A DNA stretch of 64,000 nt from Candidatus Woesearchaeota archaeon UBA525 (GTDB lineage Archaea; Nanobdellota; Nanobdellia; Woesearchaeales; UBA525). Under the pieces are notes generated by a model, which saw only the letters and a list, made by a program, of their open reading frames with translations, did not search any database and was not told the origin of the DNA. The stretch's first letter is position 1. Each line of letters opens with the position of its first letter. Of the stretch, positions 38,265 to 47,119 are shown piece after piece. The position numbers were made by a program, and so were the translations under genes. The stretch is taken from assembly GCA_002498125.1 (NCBI GenBank), contig DAGG01000032.1:10373-74372 (forward strand), in the 5' to 3' direction.

Positions 38265-39725
38265 TTATGTATCTTGCGGAGCGTCGTATATCCAGAACCG
38301 CAGCGTGATCCTCTTGCCGTTGGAGAGCGTGAGTCGGCGTTCCACCACGTAGCGATCCCTAGTCTCATCGAGAACGCCAATGGTGAAATCGAAAGCATGC
38401 GTCTGACCTTCGAAGTACTGGAAGACCTCATCAGTGAGCTGCTGCAAGTCAGAGAGGTCCACTGCCCGACCACCCGTAGCCTCGGCCAGTAACGTGAGAT
38501 TGCTTATGATGTACTGGTTGCAATTACTGTGATAGCAGTACTTCCCTGTCGGCGGCGATGGAGGAACGCACCCGCCGCACGCGTTCTCAAGGCAGAAGCT
38601 CTCTACACCCCATTCCTCAGCAGTGGGATTCTCTCTACCGGAATTCTCCGGATCCTCGAGATCCAGGATGCCTCCGCATCCGGCATCAGTAAACCTGCAA
38701 GTATAGCGGGTGAGCATCTGGTCATTCACACTACTGTCATAATTATAGTCGCAGCGGAGCGAATGGAAGCCAAAAAAGAGATCGTTGTTATCGACGAGTA
38801 TCTCCTTCGTCTGGTTCACGAGCCTGAACGATCTATTCGTAGGACATGTCGCGTCGCACAGAAAACAGACGTATGTATCCATGGGTTTGCGCAGACCGTG
38901 ACAAGCGTCGGCTTTGCTGTTCGAGGCCATCTCATCAGCGACTACCACGACGACGTGCTTGCTCGTCAACAGTTTCTCCTCACCACTATCCTGGTACTTG
39001 TAAGAGGCGTACGCCGACGCCGAAGCCCAGTCACTCTCGAACATGTGGCTCACTGTCGCTGCGTGCTCTGAGTATATCCACTCGCGGTACGTACGGTAAG
39101 GAGCAGGAACAGGTGGAGCGTAGCCTTTGTACTCGAGAAAAGCATACACATCCTCACCGCGGATGTTGTCGCAGGTGATGTCTGCGCGATTGAACGTGAA
39201 GTCGTTGCATGATCCTGTGGTGCCTGCTCCTTGGAGAATGTAGACGTGGCTGTACACTGCGGCCTCCTCACCGAAGAGGCCCCTGAGATCCTGCACCAGG
39301 TCAGGAAGCTCTGCATTGACCGCCTGACGCTTGTCTGCCATAGTCTGGCTGCCGTCGAGTATGTAGCTGACAGACACGCCTTTCACCTGCGGCTCGACAG
39401 TGAAGTAGTAATTGCCTTGCCCCAGGAGCTCATCGAGCGCTTGGCTGAACTCCTGCTCGACATCGATATCCTGCCCCTGTACCGTGACCACGGTCTCCAC
39501 CTCCTGCAATGATAGGGCGAGGAGCGCTTCGTAAGGGAGGTCAGACTGATTCTCATGGCTGAGGAACAGCGAGTCGATGAGCAAAGAGCCATACTCCTGC
39601 TCATACGTCTGCCGAGCAAGCGTCTGCGTCGAGGAGAAACCGCTGAAGACCGTCACGAAGAGCACGACACCAAGCGCCAGCACAACCACAATGGTCACCA
39701 CCATGGAGAATACCTTATCGATCAT
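38265..39725 (-). CDS. membrane-anchored vWA-domain protein with Cys-rich insertions
   Basis: N-terminal TM, ILDGSQTM (MIDAS-like), VVVVVADE, LAEATGG. Confidence 0.75.
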   Translation of the reverse strand: MIDKVFSMVVTIVVVLALGVVLFVTVFSGFSSTQTLARQTYEQEYGSLLIDSLFLSHENQSDLPYEALLALSLQEVETVVTVQGQDIDVEQEFSQALDELLGQGNYYFTVEPQVKGVSVSYILDGSQTMADKRQAVNAELPDLVQDLRGLFGEEAAVYSHVYILQGAGTTGSCNDFTFNRADITCDNIRGEDVYAFLEYKGYAPPVPAPYRTYREWIYSEHAATVSHMFESDWASASAYASYKYQDSGEEKLLTSKHVVVVVADEMASNSKADACHGLRKPMDTYVCFLCDATCPTNRSFRLVNQTKEILVDNNDLFFGFHSLRCDYNYDSSVNDQMLTRYTCRFTDAGCGGILDLEDPENSGRENPTAEEWGVESFCLENACGGCVPPSPPTGKYCYHSNCNQYIISNLTLLAEATGGRAVDLSDLQQLTDEVFQYFEGQTHAFDFTIGVLDETRDRYVVERRLTLSNGKRITLRFWIYDAPQDT

Positions 39726-40147
39726 GTGCCGCTGAACACCTCAAGTCTGGCAAGGCACCTCTGCCCCGATACCTGCTCAACAGTGATGATGAAAGGAGTC
39801 ACCTGGTCGTAAGTGTCATGCTGACCCCGCTCCCACGACTTCGCTTCGCAGCCGTTGAGTTCGTGTTGTGTGATTCTGTACCCGCGCAGCATCGTGTCCG
39901 CAGGGCAAGGATCGGAGAGCAGCCGTTCATCGACGTACTCGAGCCTGTGGCAGGCGAGGAGAGCGTCCTTAACTATCGCGGCCTCTCTAGGGCCTGCACT
40001 ACTCTCCTGGAGCTTGCCGAAGAGGGTCGCGGAGCTCGCGTTCAGGTAGAGGAACAGCACGACAGCAAACACGAGTGTCAGCACGAGGAAGAACGCGACG
40101 ATGATGTCGTACATGCCCTTTCGAGATAGCTGTCGCCTCACACCCAT
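39722..40147 (-). CDS. pilin-like protein (class III signal RKG/MYD)
   Basis: SRKG followed by a hydrophobic helix. Confidence 0.65.
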   Translation of the reverse strand: MGVRRQLSRKGMYDIIVAFFLVLTLVFAVVLFLYLNASSATLFGKLQESSAGPREAAIVKDALLACHRLEYVDERLLSDPCPADTMLRGYRITQHELNGCEAKSWERGQHDTYDQVTPFIITVEQVSGQRCLARLEVFSGT

Positions 40148-40223
40148 ACACCCTCCAGCAGAAGACATCGTTAAAAAGGTTGCGTCGCAAAAGTTTTTAT
40201 ACGCCCCTCACGGCAGGGACCTC

Positions 40224-40499
40224 ATGGAGAGAACGACATCGCTCATCATCTACACAGTCTTCGCCATCATCGGCGCAGCGATCATCATCTCAGCCCTTGC
40301 GCAGTGGCGGCCTCTCATCCAGCCGGTGCAGGCATGCGCGGGGGTCGTCGAGTGCCAGGGGCGGTCCAATGGCGAGCGGTTCTGCAACGATGAGGCCACG
40401 CAGGTGTTCTCTTGCATCGCGCGCAATGGTTGCCTGCAGCTTGAGATCCAAGAGTGCGACTGCGTCCTCAGGGAAGGCGTAGCGTACTGCGCATCCTAA
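40224..40499 (+). CDS. small TM protein with a Cys-rich domain
   Basis: N-terminal TM and 8 Cys; TATA upstream. Confidence 0.6.
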   Translation: MERTTSLIIYTVFAIIGAAIIISALAQWRPLIQPVQACAGVVECQGRSNGERFCNDEATQVFSCIARNGCLQLEIQECDCVLREGVAYCAS

Positions 40500-40532
40500 A
40501 CTATATAAGTCCCCAAAGTGCGGAGTGCATGC

Positions 40533-40955
40533 ATGGAGACGGTCGAGGTCATCATATACATCGGTATCGCGCTCATTGTCGGCGCTCTGGTGGTCGGTTT
40601 CATCGGCAGCTGGGATGCCCAAGGCACGTTCAAGGGTCTCAAGAGCCTCTTCAAGCCAGAACCTGATGATCGTTTCGAGGAGATTACGAGCGACAGGTTC
40701 GCCAAGAGCGTGCTTGATACCTGGGAGGCGTGCGGTCTGGGCACTTCCGAGATGAACAAGACCATCTATGTCAGCGACACGTCACTTCTCAACAAGAGCC
40801 TCATCTTCAGCCGGGTCAAGCAGGCGAACCTCTGCCGCACTCTGCAATCGCAAGAGTACGCATGCGGTGTGCGCGAGGATGTCGATTTCGAGAATACGAC
40901 CGGACCGCGGGTGCTGACGCTCCGCTGCGAGAGCGGAATCATGCTCATATCATAG
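40533..40955 (+). CDS. pilin-like protein
   Basis: METVEVIIYIGIALIVGALV; similar N-terminus to 34859. Confidence 0.65.
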   Translation: METVEVIIYIGIALIVGALVVGFIGSWDAQGTFKGLKSLFKPEPDDRFEEITSDRFAKSVLDTWEACGLGTSEMNKTIYVSDTSLLNKSLIFSRVKQANLCRTLQSQEYACGVREDVDFENTTGPRVLTLRCESGIMLIS

Positions 40956-41041
40956 CGTTCACCGTTCTCCCGTGGTGATAGGCATGACGCCCTCGACGGA
41001 AAATTTATAAAGCCTCAGTCGGAGGGGATTGAGGAGGTACT

Positions 41042-41521
41042 ATGGCACTGCACCACCGTCATAAGCAACGTCTTCTCACTACCGTCATCCTGCTCATCAT
41101 CTTCGTGGTGGCGCTCGACACCTACCTCATCCTCGCGCCAGCCCTGACCATGGAGACGGCGCTGCTCTTCGCCTTCACCGTTGCGATAGGCCTCACTGTC
41201 GCCTACCAGTGCTACAATTACCGCCACAGCCACGAGCACGTGACGCTCGTGAACACCCTGACGCAGATATTCCTCGGAACGATCCTCTTCACAGCAGCGG
41301 TCATCATGCTGCTCCTGCAGACGTTCGCTGGCATCGATATCATCGATAGCTACCTCTACCTCAGCCTCATAGTGATATTCTTCACATTCCTTTTCCTCAA
41401 GCGGTTCGACGAGTTCCTCGAGCGGGAGGCCCAGGTGAAGTTCCCCATGGGCCACGCACCCGTCCCGAAGGCAGGACCGGTCAAGAAAATGACAATCCAG
41501 AGGAGGCAGGTGGGCAAATGA
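41042..41521 (+). CDS. four-TM membrane protein
   Basis: Four hydrophobic helices; GAGG SD. Confidence 0.75.
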   Translation: MALHHRHKQRLLTTVILLIIFVVALDTYLILAPALTMETALLFAFTVAIGLTVAYQCYNYRHSHEHVTLVNTLTQIFLGTILFTAAVIMLLLQTFAGIDIIDSYLYLSLIVIFFTFLFLKRFDEFLEREAQVKFPMGHAPVPKAGPVKKMTIQRRQVGK

Positions 41522-42093
41522 GAAACCGTAAAGGAACAGAGAAACCGATCGAGATCTTCGTCGCGCTCTTCATCATCCTCGCAGTGGCGCTCGTGATGCT
41601 GAAGCTCTTCCAGAGCCAGATCGCGGAGAAGCAGAAGGAGCTCTCCGACGTCCAGCAAGAACAGAAGTCACGCGAGCTGCGCAACAAGGTCGACCAGGCG
41701 TGCAAGGACAAGTGCGTCGAAGCCAGCAACAACGGCTGCAGTCCTGCTAGCTTAGCCAGTCTTTGTACCTATGGCTCGAAGAACGTGCTACTAGAAGGGC
41801 AGTACATAGATCTCAACAATGATAATGAGAAGAACTATGACGACTCCTTGCTCGCCGGTGTCGGCGTCTGCGAGGAGCGCGTGTACTGCTTCCACCTCGT
41901 GAGCAGCTGCTGCGCCCGCCAGATAAGCCCAGAGACATGCAAGGACATCTTGGAGTCCTACTGGACGAGCAAGAGCATGATTAAGACAGGGACAACGCTC
42001 AACGACCTCTTGACAGCCAATGTCCCTGCAGGCACATGTGCTGCAGATGAGAACCGCTGGGACACTCTCGCGGCTTGGCCAGCAGCGTCTTAA
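41518..42093 (+). CDS. class III signal peptide pilin-like protein
   Basis: MRNRKG/TEKPIEIFVALF; Cys-rich. Confidence 0.7.
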   Translation: MRNRKGTEKPIEIFVALFIILAVALVMLKLFQSQIAEKQKELSDVQQEQKSRELRNKVDQACKDKCVEASNNGCSPASLASLCTYGSKNVLLEGQYIDLNNDNEKNYDDSLLAGVGVCEERVYCFHLVSSCCARQISPETCKDILESYWTSKSMIKTGTTLNDLLTANVPAGTCAADENRWDTLAAWPAAS

Positions 42094-42224
42094 GGATTCT
42101 TTTCCTTTTTCTATCTTATTCTAATACCATAGTTACCTCTCCGACCCCACCTAACTATTCTTACCGCCAGGGAATCGGACTGGGCAAGAGAAAGTAACAA
42201 CGGAGCAATACTAAACCACCGATG

Positions 42225-42294
42225 ACTGCTCTAGATCGATGACTGTGCTAGATACACTGCTCTAGATACATCTTAGACTGCTCTAGATACATCT
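42225..42294. repeat. four imperfect direct repeats ACTG(CT/TG)CTAGAT
   Basis: Copies at 42225, 42242, 42256 and 42277. Confidence 0.8.
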
Positions 42295-42395
42295 CGAACC
42301 TAGTTGCACACTTAGGGCGAAAGACCTGAGGAGGACCGCGACCAAAGGTGAAAATGATAGTGCCTATTGATAGAACAATTCTCCTGATAGAAAAC

Positions 42396-42845
42396 CTAAC
42401 TCTCTACAGCGGTCACCAGCTCACCGCTGGAGATATGCGAGACGGTTTCTCCCGCGCCCTTGTAGTTGACAGCAATGTCTGCCTTGAAGCGGGCACCAAG
42501 GAGCGGGCAGTTGAACTGGACGAAACTGCCGTTGATCTTCTCTACCGTGCGCACGAGCGGCGTCACGTAGCTGCGCTGCTGTGCCGGGTCGCGATTGCAC
42601 TGGATTGTGATGTTAACATTCTCCTGGTCCCATCCTGCGGCGTTCTGTATCGCGAGCTTCACAGTTCCGTCAGAGCTCACTTTGAACTCTGTGCAGACAT
42701 AGGGCGCTTCCATATTGCACGCTGAAGGGAACATCTTGGCGTAGAACCCTGTGAAGTAGAAGAGCGCACCCATGACCACGAGGACTCCCATGATGGCCCA
42801 GGCATAAGTGAGAAGAAACTCCATCGCTGCTTGGCCACGTCTCAT
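42396..42845 (-). CDS. archaeal type IV pilin
   Basis: MRRG/QAAMEFLLTYAWAI. Confidence 0.85.
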   Translation of the reverse strand: MRRGQAAMEFLLTYAWAIMGVLVVMGALFYFTGFYAKMFPSACNMEAPYVCTEFKVSSDGTVKLAIQNAAGWDQENVNITIQCNRDPAQQRSYVTPLVRTVEKINGSFVQFNCPLLGARFKADIAVNYKGAGETVSHISSGELVTAVES

Positions 42846-42890
42846 AGGTCACCGAAAAATTGTAAGGAAAAGGAGAAAAAAAAGTATGTC

Positions 42891-43364
42891 TTACTCTGCA
42901 CGCACCTGCAGTGTACCGCCACTCTTGTGGTCTACAGTCTCACCGGCCTTGATGTAGGTGATAGTGTAGTTGCCCTTGAAGCGCTGGCCAACGTTCGCTG
43001 CGCCCGTAGTTCCACAGGTGAAGCTCCAGGTTCCCTGGTTGCCGTTCAGAACGCCTGACGTGTTGCCAGTAACAGCAACGAGCGTGCCTGGGATCGCTCC
43101 GTCATTGCAGGTGAAACCTACGATGACGTTCTGCAGGTCACTGCCTGCGTTGTTGCTGATAGTCAAGTTCACAGTCGTCGTTGTGCCGCCGAGCACCTTG
43201 TACTGGGTGCAGCTGAAAGGCGGGTTCGCCGTGCACTTGTCCGGCAGGAACCTGTCTGGCGACAGGACGCCGAAGTACGCGAGCGCACCGATCGCTGCGA
43301 GTACGACCAGGATTGCCCAGCCGTATGTCATCAAGAACTCCATTGCTGCTTGTCCTTTTCTCAT
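42891..43364 (-). CDS. archaeal type IV pilin (probable major pilin)
   Basis: MRKG/QAAMEFLMTYGWAILVVL; strong GAGGTG SD. Confidence 0.88.
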   Translation of the reverse strand: MRKGQAAMEFLMTYGWAILVVLAAIGALAYFGVLSPDRFLPDKCTANPPFSCTQYKVLGGTTTTVNLTISNNAGSDLQNVIVGFTCNDGAIPGTLVAVTGNTSGVLNGNQGTWSFTCGTTGAANVGQRFKGNYTITYIKAGETVDHKSGGTLQVRAE

Positions 43365-43514
43365 GAGATTCCACCTCACCATCCGGGTGATATGATATGT
43401 CAGAGTCCGGTATCTTGCGTTTATAAAGCTTTCGTGGATTTCTCGGCGGGAAGGAATTACGCGCCGTCGGGACGCAGGATAGAATACGCAACAAAACAAC
43501 CTCTATTTTGCGTT

Positions 43515-43592
43515 TTCCGCAAAAAGAGACACTCCTGATAGCCGTAACTTCATCGACGAGGCTTTGTATTTTCCTAAAAAATTTTTGCGGAA
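43515..43592. promoter_or_regulatory. 11-bp inverted repeat TTCCGCAAAAA...TTTTTGCGGAA in the divergent pilin/Lrp promoter
   Basis: 43515-43525 and 43582-43592. Confidence 0.45.
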
Positions 43593-43610
43593 TCGGAAAC
43601 TATAAAACCT

Positions 43611-44087
43611 ATGTGCGAATCACCCAAATCTATGGTCGCAATGGATAAGAAAGGCAAACGCATCGTTCAACTACTCACCACAAACCCCAAAATCTCGATA
43701 GCTGAGATCTCGCGCGAGGTCGCTTTGACAGAAAACGCGGTCAGGTACCGCATCGAGCAGCTCGAGAAGGAAGGGTACATCAAGGATTACCGCACACGCC
43801 TGGACCCGTCAAAATTCGGCAAGCCGTTCAAAGTGCTCTTTCTCATGAAAATCGAGGAGCAGGACATCAGGAAAGTCCTCATGGAATTCCCGTCGTGCAA
43901 CGAACTCGTCACCATCTACCGCATCACCGGCCACTACAGCATCATGGCGATTGGCTACTTCCGCGACCAGAACCACATGCAGGACTTCATCGACAGGCAC
44001 CTCATGAAGAAGACACACATCACCGACCTGCTGCCGTGCATCGTCACGCAGGAATGGAAGGACGACGTCTTCATGGACATCGAGTAA
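43611..44087 (+). CDS. Lrp/AsnC family regulator
   Basis: HTH ..AVRYRIEQLEKEGYIK; RITGHY. Confidence 0.9.
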   Translation: MCESPKSMVAMDKKGKRIVQLLTTNPKISIAEISREVALTENAVRYRIEQLEKEGYIKDYRTRLDPSKFGKPFKVLFLMKIEEQDIRKVLMEFPSCNELVTIYRITGHYSIMAIGYFRDQNHMQDFIDRHLMKKTHITDLLPCIVTQEWKDDVFMDIE

Positions 44088-44151
44088 GGATCTTTTTCTC
44101 ACAGTTTCTTAGTCTTGTTCTTCTACATATCCGTCCGCACCCTAATCGCTA

Positions 44152-44308
44152 GTGCTGCGAGGGAAAGCAAAGCTTTCCCTGCACCAGGATTCGCCTCAAT
44201 GCGAATCCTCGGTGCCTTGGCGTAGACCTGAGGCCCGGCGACGAGTGAGCGAAAGCGAACTCGACAGTGACGGGCCGAAACAAACCGAGAGTGGATTCGC
44301 CGCAGCAC
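44152..44308 (+). ncRNA. novel structured RNA motif, copy C (with two extra hairpins)
   Basis: GTGCTGC-[2 hairpins]-CTT-GGCG-TAGAC-CTGA-GGCCCG-GCGA-CGAGT..ACTCG-ACAGTGA-CGGGCC-GAAAC..CGCC-GCAGCAC. Confidence 0.75.
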
Positions 44309-44589
44309 AGGAAACCACAAGCAGAAAGCCGCGGTGCAAAAGACCTCAGAAACCGTTATACGAATGCAGGACCGCGCCGCAGCGCCTCCCCTGAAATCAC
44401 ACAATCTCATTTTTGCGGCTTCTTTCCTTTTTAAATAGGGTCTGCCGTCGTGGGAAGCCTGCAAATTTGCGGTTCGCCAAACATCTGCCGTCGAAGATTT
44501 TCAGATAAAGCAAGGACAATTATTATACGCGCCTGGACGACATTTGAGAGGAGCAAGGGAGACTTAGCTCCATGTGGAGGAGGATGGTT

Positions 44590-44796
44590 ATGGAACGACG
44601 CATAGTCAGCAGTAGATCAAACCGCGCAGCACGCATCGCAGAGCTGCGCACAGAGAGCGAGGATCCGCACGTCGTGCGGTTCACGCCCGAGCGTTCTCGC
44701 GAAGTGACACGCCAACGGCGCATCATGCGCAGCGAATCATTCATCGAAGTCCCTAAGGAGATGTACCGCAGGGGCAGGATGACAGATCTTGAGTGA
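44590..44796 (+). CDS. small Arg-rich protein
   Basis: GGAGGAGG SD. Confidence 0.5.
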   Translation: MERRIVSSRSNRAARIAELRTESEDPHVVRFTPERSREVTRQRRIMRSESFIEVPKEMYRRGRMTDLE

Positions 44797-44807
44797 GGTG
44801 AGAAACT

Positions 44808-44903
44808 ATGGCGAAAGGAAAGACTACGAAGAAGAGCAGTGAACGCAACACGCGCACCAACCGCAACACAGGCGGGACAGGCAGAGACGACGACTGGCTC
44901 TAA
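44808..44903 (+). CDS. 31-aa hydrophilic micro-protein
   Basis: MAKGKTTKKSSERNTRTNRNTGGTGRDDDWL; GAGGTGAG SD. Confidence 0.55.
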   Translation: MAKGKTTKKSSERNTRTNRNTGGTGRDDDWL

Positions 44904-44933
44904 GGCTAATTTTACACTCATGGAGGTGAGATA

Positions 44934-45071
44934 ATGGCAGAGAATGACAAAGATAAGGGTCGCAATCTGAGCGAAGAGGATCGCAAGAAAAACAGCGAAA
45001 GAAGCGGGGAGAGAGGTGAGAGGAGCTCACAGGAGAACCGTGACGACCAAGGACAATTCGAGGGCCGATAG
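44934..45071 (+). CDS. 45-aa hydrophilin-like (KGG/stress-induced-like) peptide
   Basis: MAENDKDKGRNLSEEDRKKNSERSGERGERSSQENRDDQGQFEGR; GGAGGTGAG SD. Confidence 0.6.
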   Translation: MAENDKDKGRNLSEEDRKKNSERSGERGERSSQENRDDQGQFEGR

Positions 45072-45102
45072 GCTCTTCTTTTCCCCTTCGGGGGTGAAGA
45101 CC

Positions 45103-45363
45103 ATGGACGAGAAAGTGAACGATACACTCACAGGCGGACCTAAACAGAACACCCGCGACAAGCGCGCATCAGGCGCAGCCCCACGCGGTGGCGCAGGCTC
45201 AACACGCGGTCCTGATGATATCATGAACAGCGCGATCACTGGGAAGAATAAGCAGCGACCCGGCATCAATCCAGAGCCGGAACGCAAAGGCAACATCTAC
45301 GACCCAGAACACCCGGATACTCGCCAGAGCCCTAGGCTCGACGGGAGTCAAGACGCACAGTAA
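45103..45363 (+). CDS. disordered hydrophilic protein
   Basis: GGGGTGA SD; Gly/Pro/Arg/Asp-rich. Confidence 0.55.
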   Translation: MDEKVNDTLTGGPKQNTRDKRASGAAPRGGAGSTRGPDDIMNSAITGKNKQRPGINPEPERKGNIYDPEHPDTRQSPRLDGSQDAQ

Positions 45364-45385
45364 TGCGAGGCAACCCGCGTTACAA

Positions 45386-45480
45386 GGCTGTAGGCCAGAG
45401 GAGAACATCCTGGTAACCCCATCCAGCCAGGTTCATCCAGTGCCCCATCCCACCCTGTGGCCTACAGTCCTTTCTCTTCC
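45386..45480 (+). terminator. long stem-loop after the micro-ORF operon
   Basis: ggctgtaggcca/tggcctacagtc stem followed by a pyrimidine tract. Confidence 0.35.
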
Positions 45481-45518
45481 AGCAATTATTTAATCCATAT
45501 CTTATATGAGAGCCTGAT

Positions 45519-45905
45519 ATGCAGACTTTCGCGATCGCATCAGCGCTTGTTGTTCATGACGGCAAGATTCTCATCGCGAAACGCGCGGCTACGAAAGCCT
45601 CCGCACCCGGTCAGTGGGAGATCATCTCCGGATTCTTGGACACGAAAGAGCCAATTGAAGAGCTCATTCTCAGAGAGCTCCGCGAAGAAACAGGCATGCG
45701 TGGAGAGATAACGAATCGTGGCGAGCCATACGCTCACACTGACGAGGAAGCGAGATGGATTATCATTCCGTTCCTCATCAAAACCAAAGACCACGATACT
45801 ACGCTCAATCCAGGAGACCACTCTGAACTAAAATGGATACTCCCTGAGGAGATGGAACAGTATCCGGATCTGCAGGCATTCCTTCCGGTCAAGAACCTTC
45901 TCTAG
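45519..45905 (+). CDS. NUDIX hydrolase
   Basis: PGQWEIISG..E...LILRELREETG. Confidence 0.9.
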   Translation: MQTFAIASALVVHDGKILIAKRAATKASAPGQWEIISGFLDTKEPIEELILRELREETGMRGEITNRGEPYAHTDEEARWIIIPFLIKTKDHDTTLNPGDHSELKWILPEEMEQYPDLQAFLPVKNLL

Positions 45906-45919
45906 TCAATACAACATCT

Positions 45920-47119
45920 CTAGATAATCCCGCCCATCATGGAGTGGAGCGCGCTCTGCGCGACGAAGTAGATGGTGAGAGCCACGAGGGTGTATACCGG
46001 GATGGACTTGATCCCCTCCATGATATTGCCGCGCCTGATGACGCTTACGATGCTCGCGCTGAATATCGTGGACACGATGATCATCGCGATGCTGAACATC
46101 CTAAAGTTCTCTACAGCGCGCGGGTCAGGCGCGCTGAGCGTAAGCATGGAAGAAGTGGACGAGAGATCGAGCGACCCTGTGATCTTGATGATAATAGTGA
46201 GGAGCTCTGTTGCAAGAGCGAAGAGTATCGGCGCGATGGCGACAGAAGCGAACATGATGAAGATGGCATAGGTGGTCACGCTCGCCGCCATCTCTTTCTT
46301 CATGATTTTCATCTCATCAATGTTGAGCGCAATCTTGTTCAGGAGATCCGCCATCTCGCCACCCGCCTGCAATCCTTCGACGAGGATGTTGATGCTGCGC
46401 TTGAGGACAGTGCTGTCGTACCGCTTCGTGAACCGTATGAGGCTTGCCTCCAGGTCCTCACCAGCCATCGTGGACTTCGCGACCTCCTCCATTTCCTTGG
46501 CGAGGATGCCGAAGTTCGGCCTGATGGCGTACCACAACGCCCGGTCGATGGGCATACCGGCCGCGATGTTGGAGCTCGCTAGCTGCAGGAAGTCAGGCAG
46601 GACCTCCTCGAGTTCCTTCGTGCGTTTGTATATCCTGTAATCAAGGAAGAAGTATATCACCGCCCAGATGAGGAGGAGTGTCGCGGGGTATACCACCGCC
46701 CACAGACCGGCCAAGAAGATGAGGATGTTGAGGAACGTGGCGCCTTGGTATATCCCGAAGACAATGAGCGAGGCAGTCGCTATGCCGAATAGGATGAGAG
46801 TGGCGTTCCGGATACGCGTCTTCAGCCGTTCAGCGTCAGTCTCATAGCCTGCCTTCTCCAGATACTCCTCCAAGGACTTGCGATGCAATCTCTTGCGCAC
46901 CTGCTTTTTGGGCACGATGACAGGATTTTCAGCAACGGGCTTCCGCTTGAAGAAAGCTCCAAGCCCCTTTCCCGCTTCCTTAGGCTTATGCTCGGCAGGT
47001 TCCGCAGCCTTGACGGCGGCGTGCTTAGTTTCGGGTTTCGCGGGCACCGGGTGTCCTGACGACTGATGCTTCGGCAGGGGAGGAAGGTGGTGCGCTCCGT
47101 GCTTGGTGTTCTTGCTCAT
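45920..47119 (-). CDS. TadC-like (T2SS-F) pilus platform protein
   Basis: LPDFLQLASSNIAAGM, FGILAKE, GGEMADLL. Confidence 0.85.
   Translation of the reverse strand: MSKNTKHGAHHLPPLPKHQSSGHPVPAKPETKHAAVKAAEPAEHKPKEAGKGLGAFFKRKPVAENPVIVPKKQVRKRLHRKSLEEYLEKAGYETDAERLKTRIRNATLILFGIATASLIVFGIYQGATFLNILIFLAGLWAVVYPATLLLIWAVIYFFLDYRIYKRTKELEEVLPDFLQLASSNIAAGMPIDRALWYAIRPNFGILAKEMEEVAKSTMAGEDLEASLIRFTKRYDSTVLKRSINILVEGLQAGGEMADLLNKIALNIDEMKIMKKEMAASVTTYAIFIMFASVAIAPILFALATELLTIIIKITGSLDLSSTSSMLTLSAPDPRAVENFRMFSIAMIIVSTIFSASIVSVIRRGNIMEGIKSIPVYTLVALTIYFVAQSALHSMMGGII

Noticed and set aside
42225-42294. Mini-CRISPR array
   Set aside because: Repeats are ~12 bp with 2-9 bp spacers, and there are no cas genes
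44152-44308. Calling the motif a MITE, tRNA, SRP RNA or RNase P RNA
   Set aside because: No target-site duplications, no cloverleaf or T-loop, no SRP or RNase P consensus; the internal covariation points to a different fold
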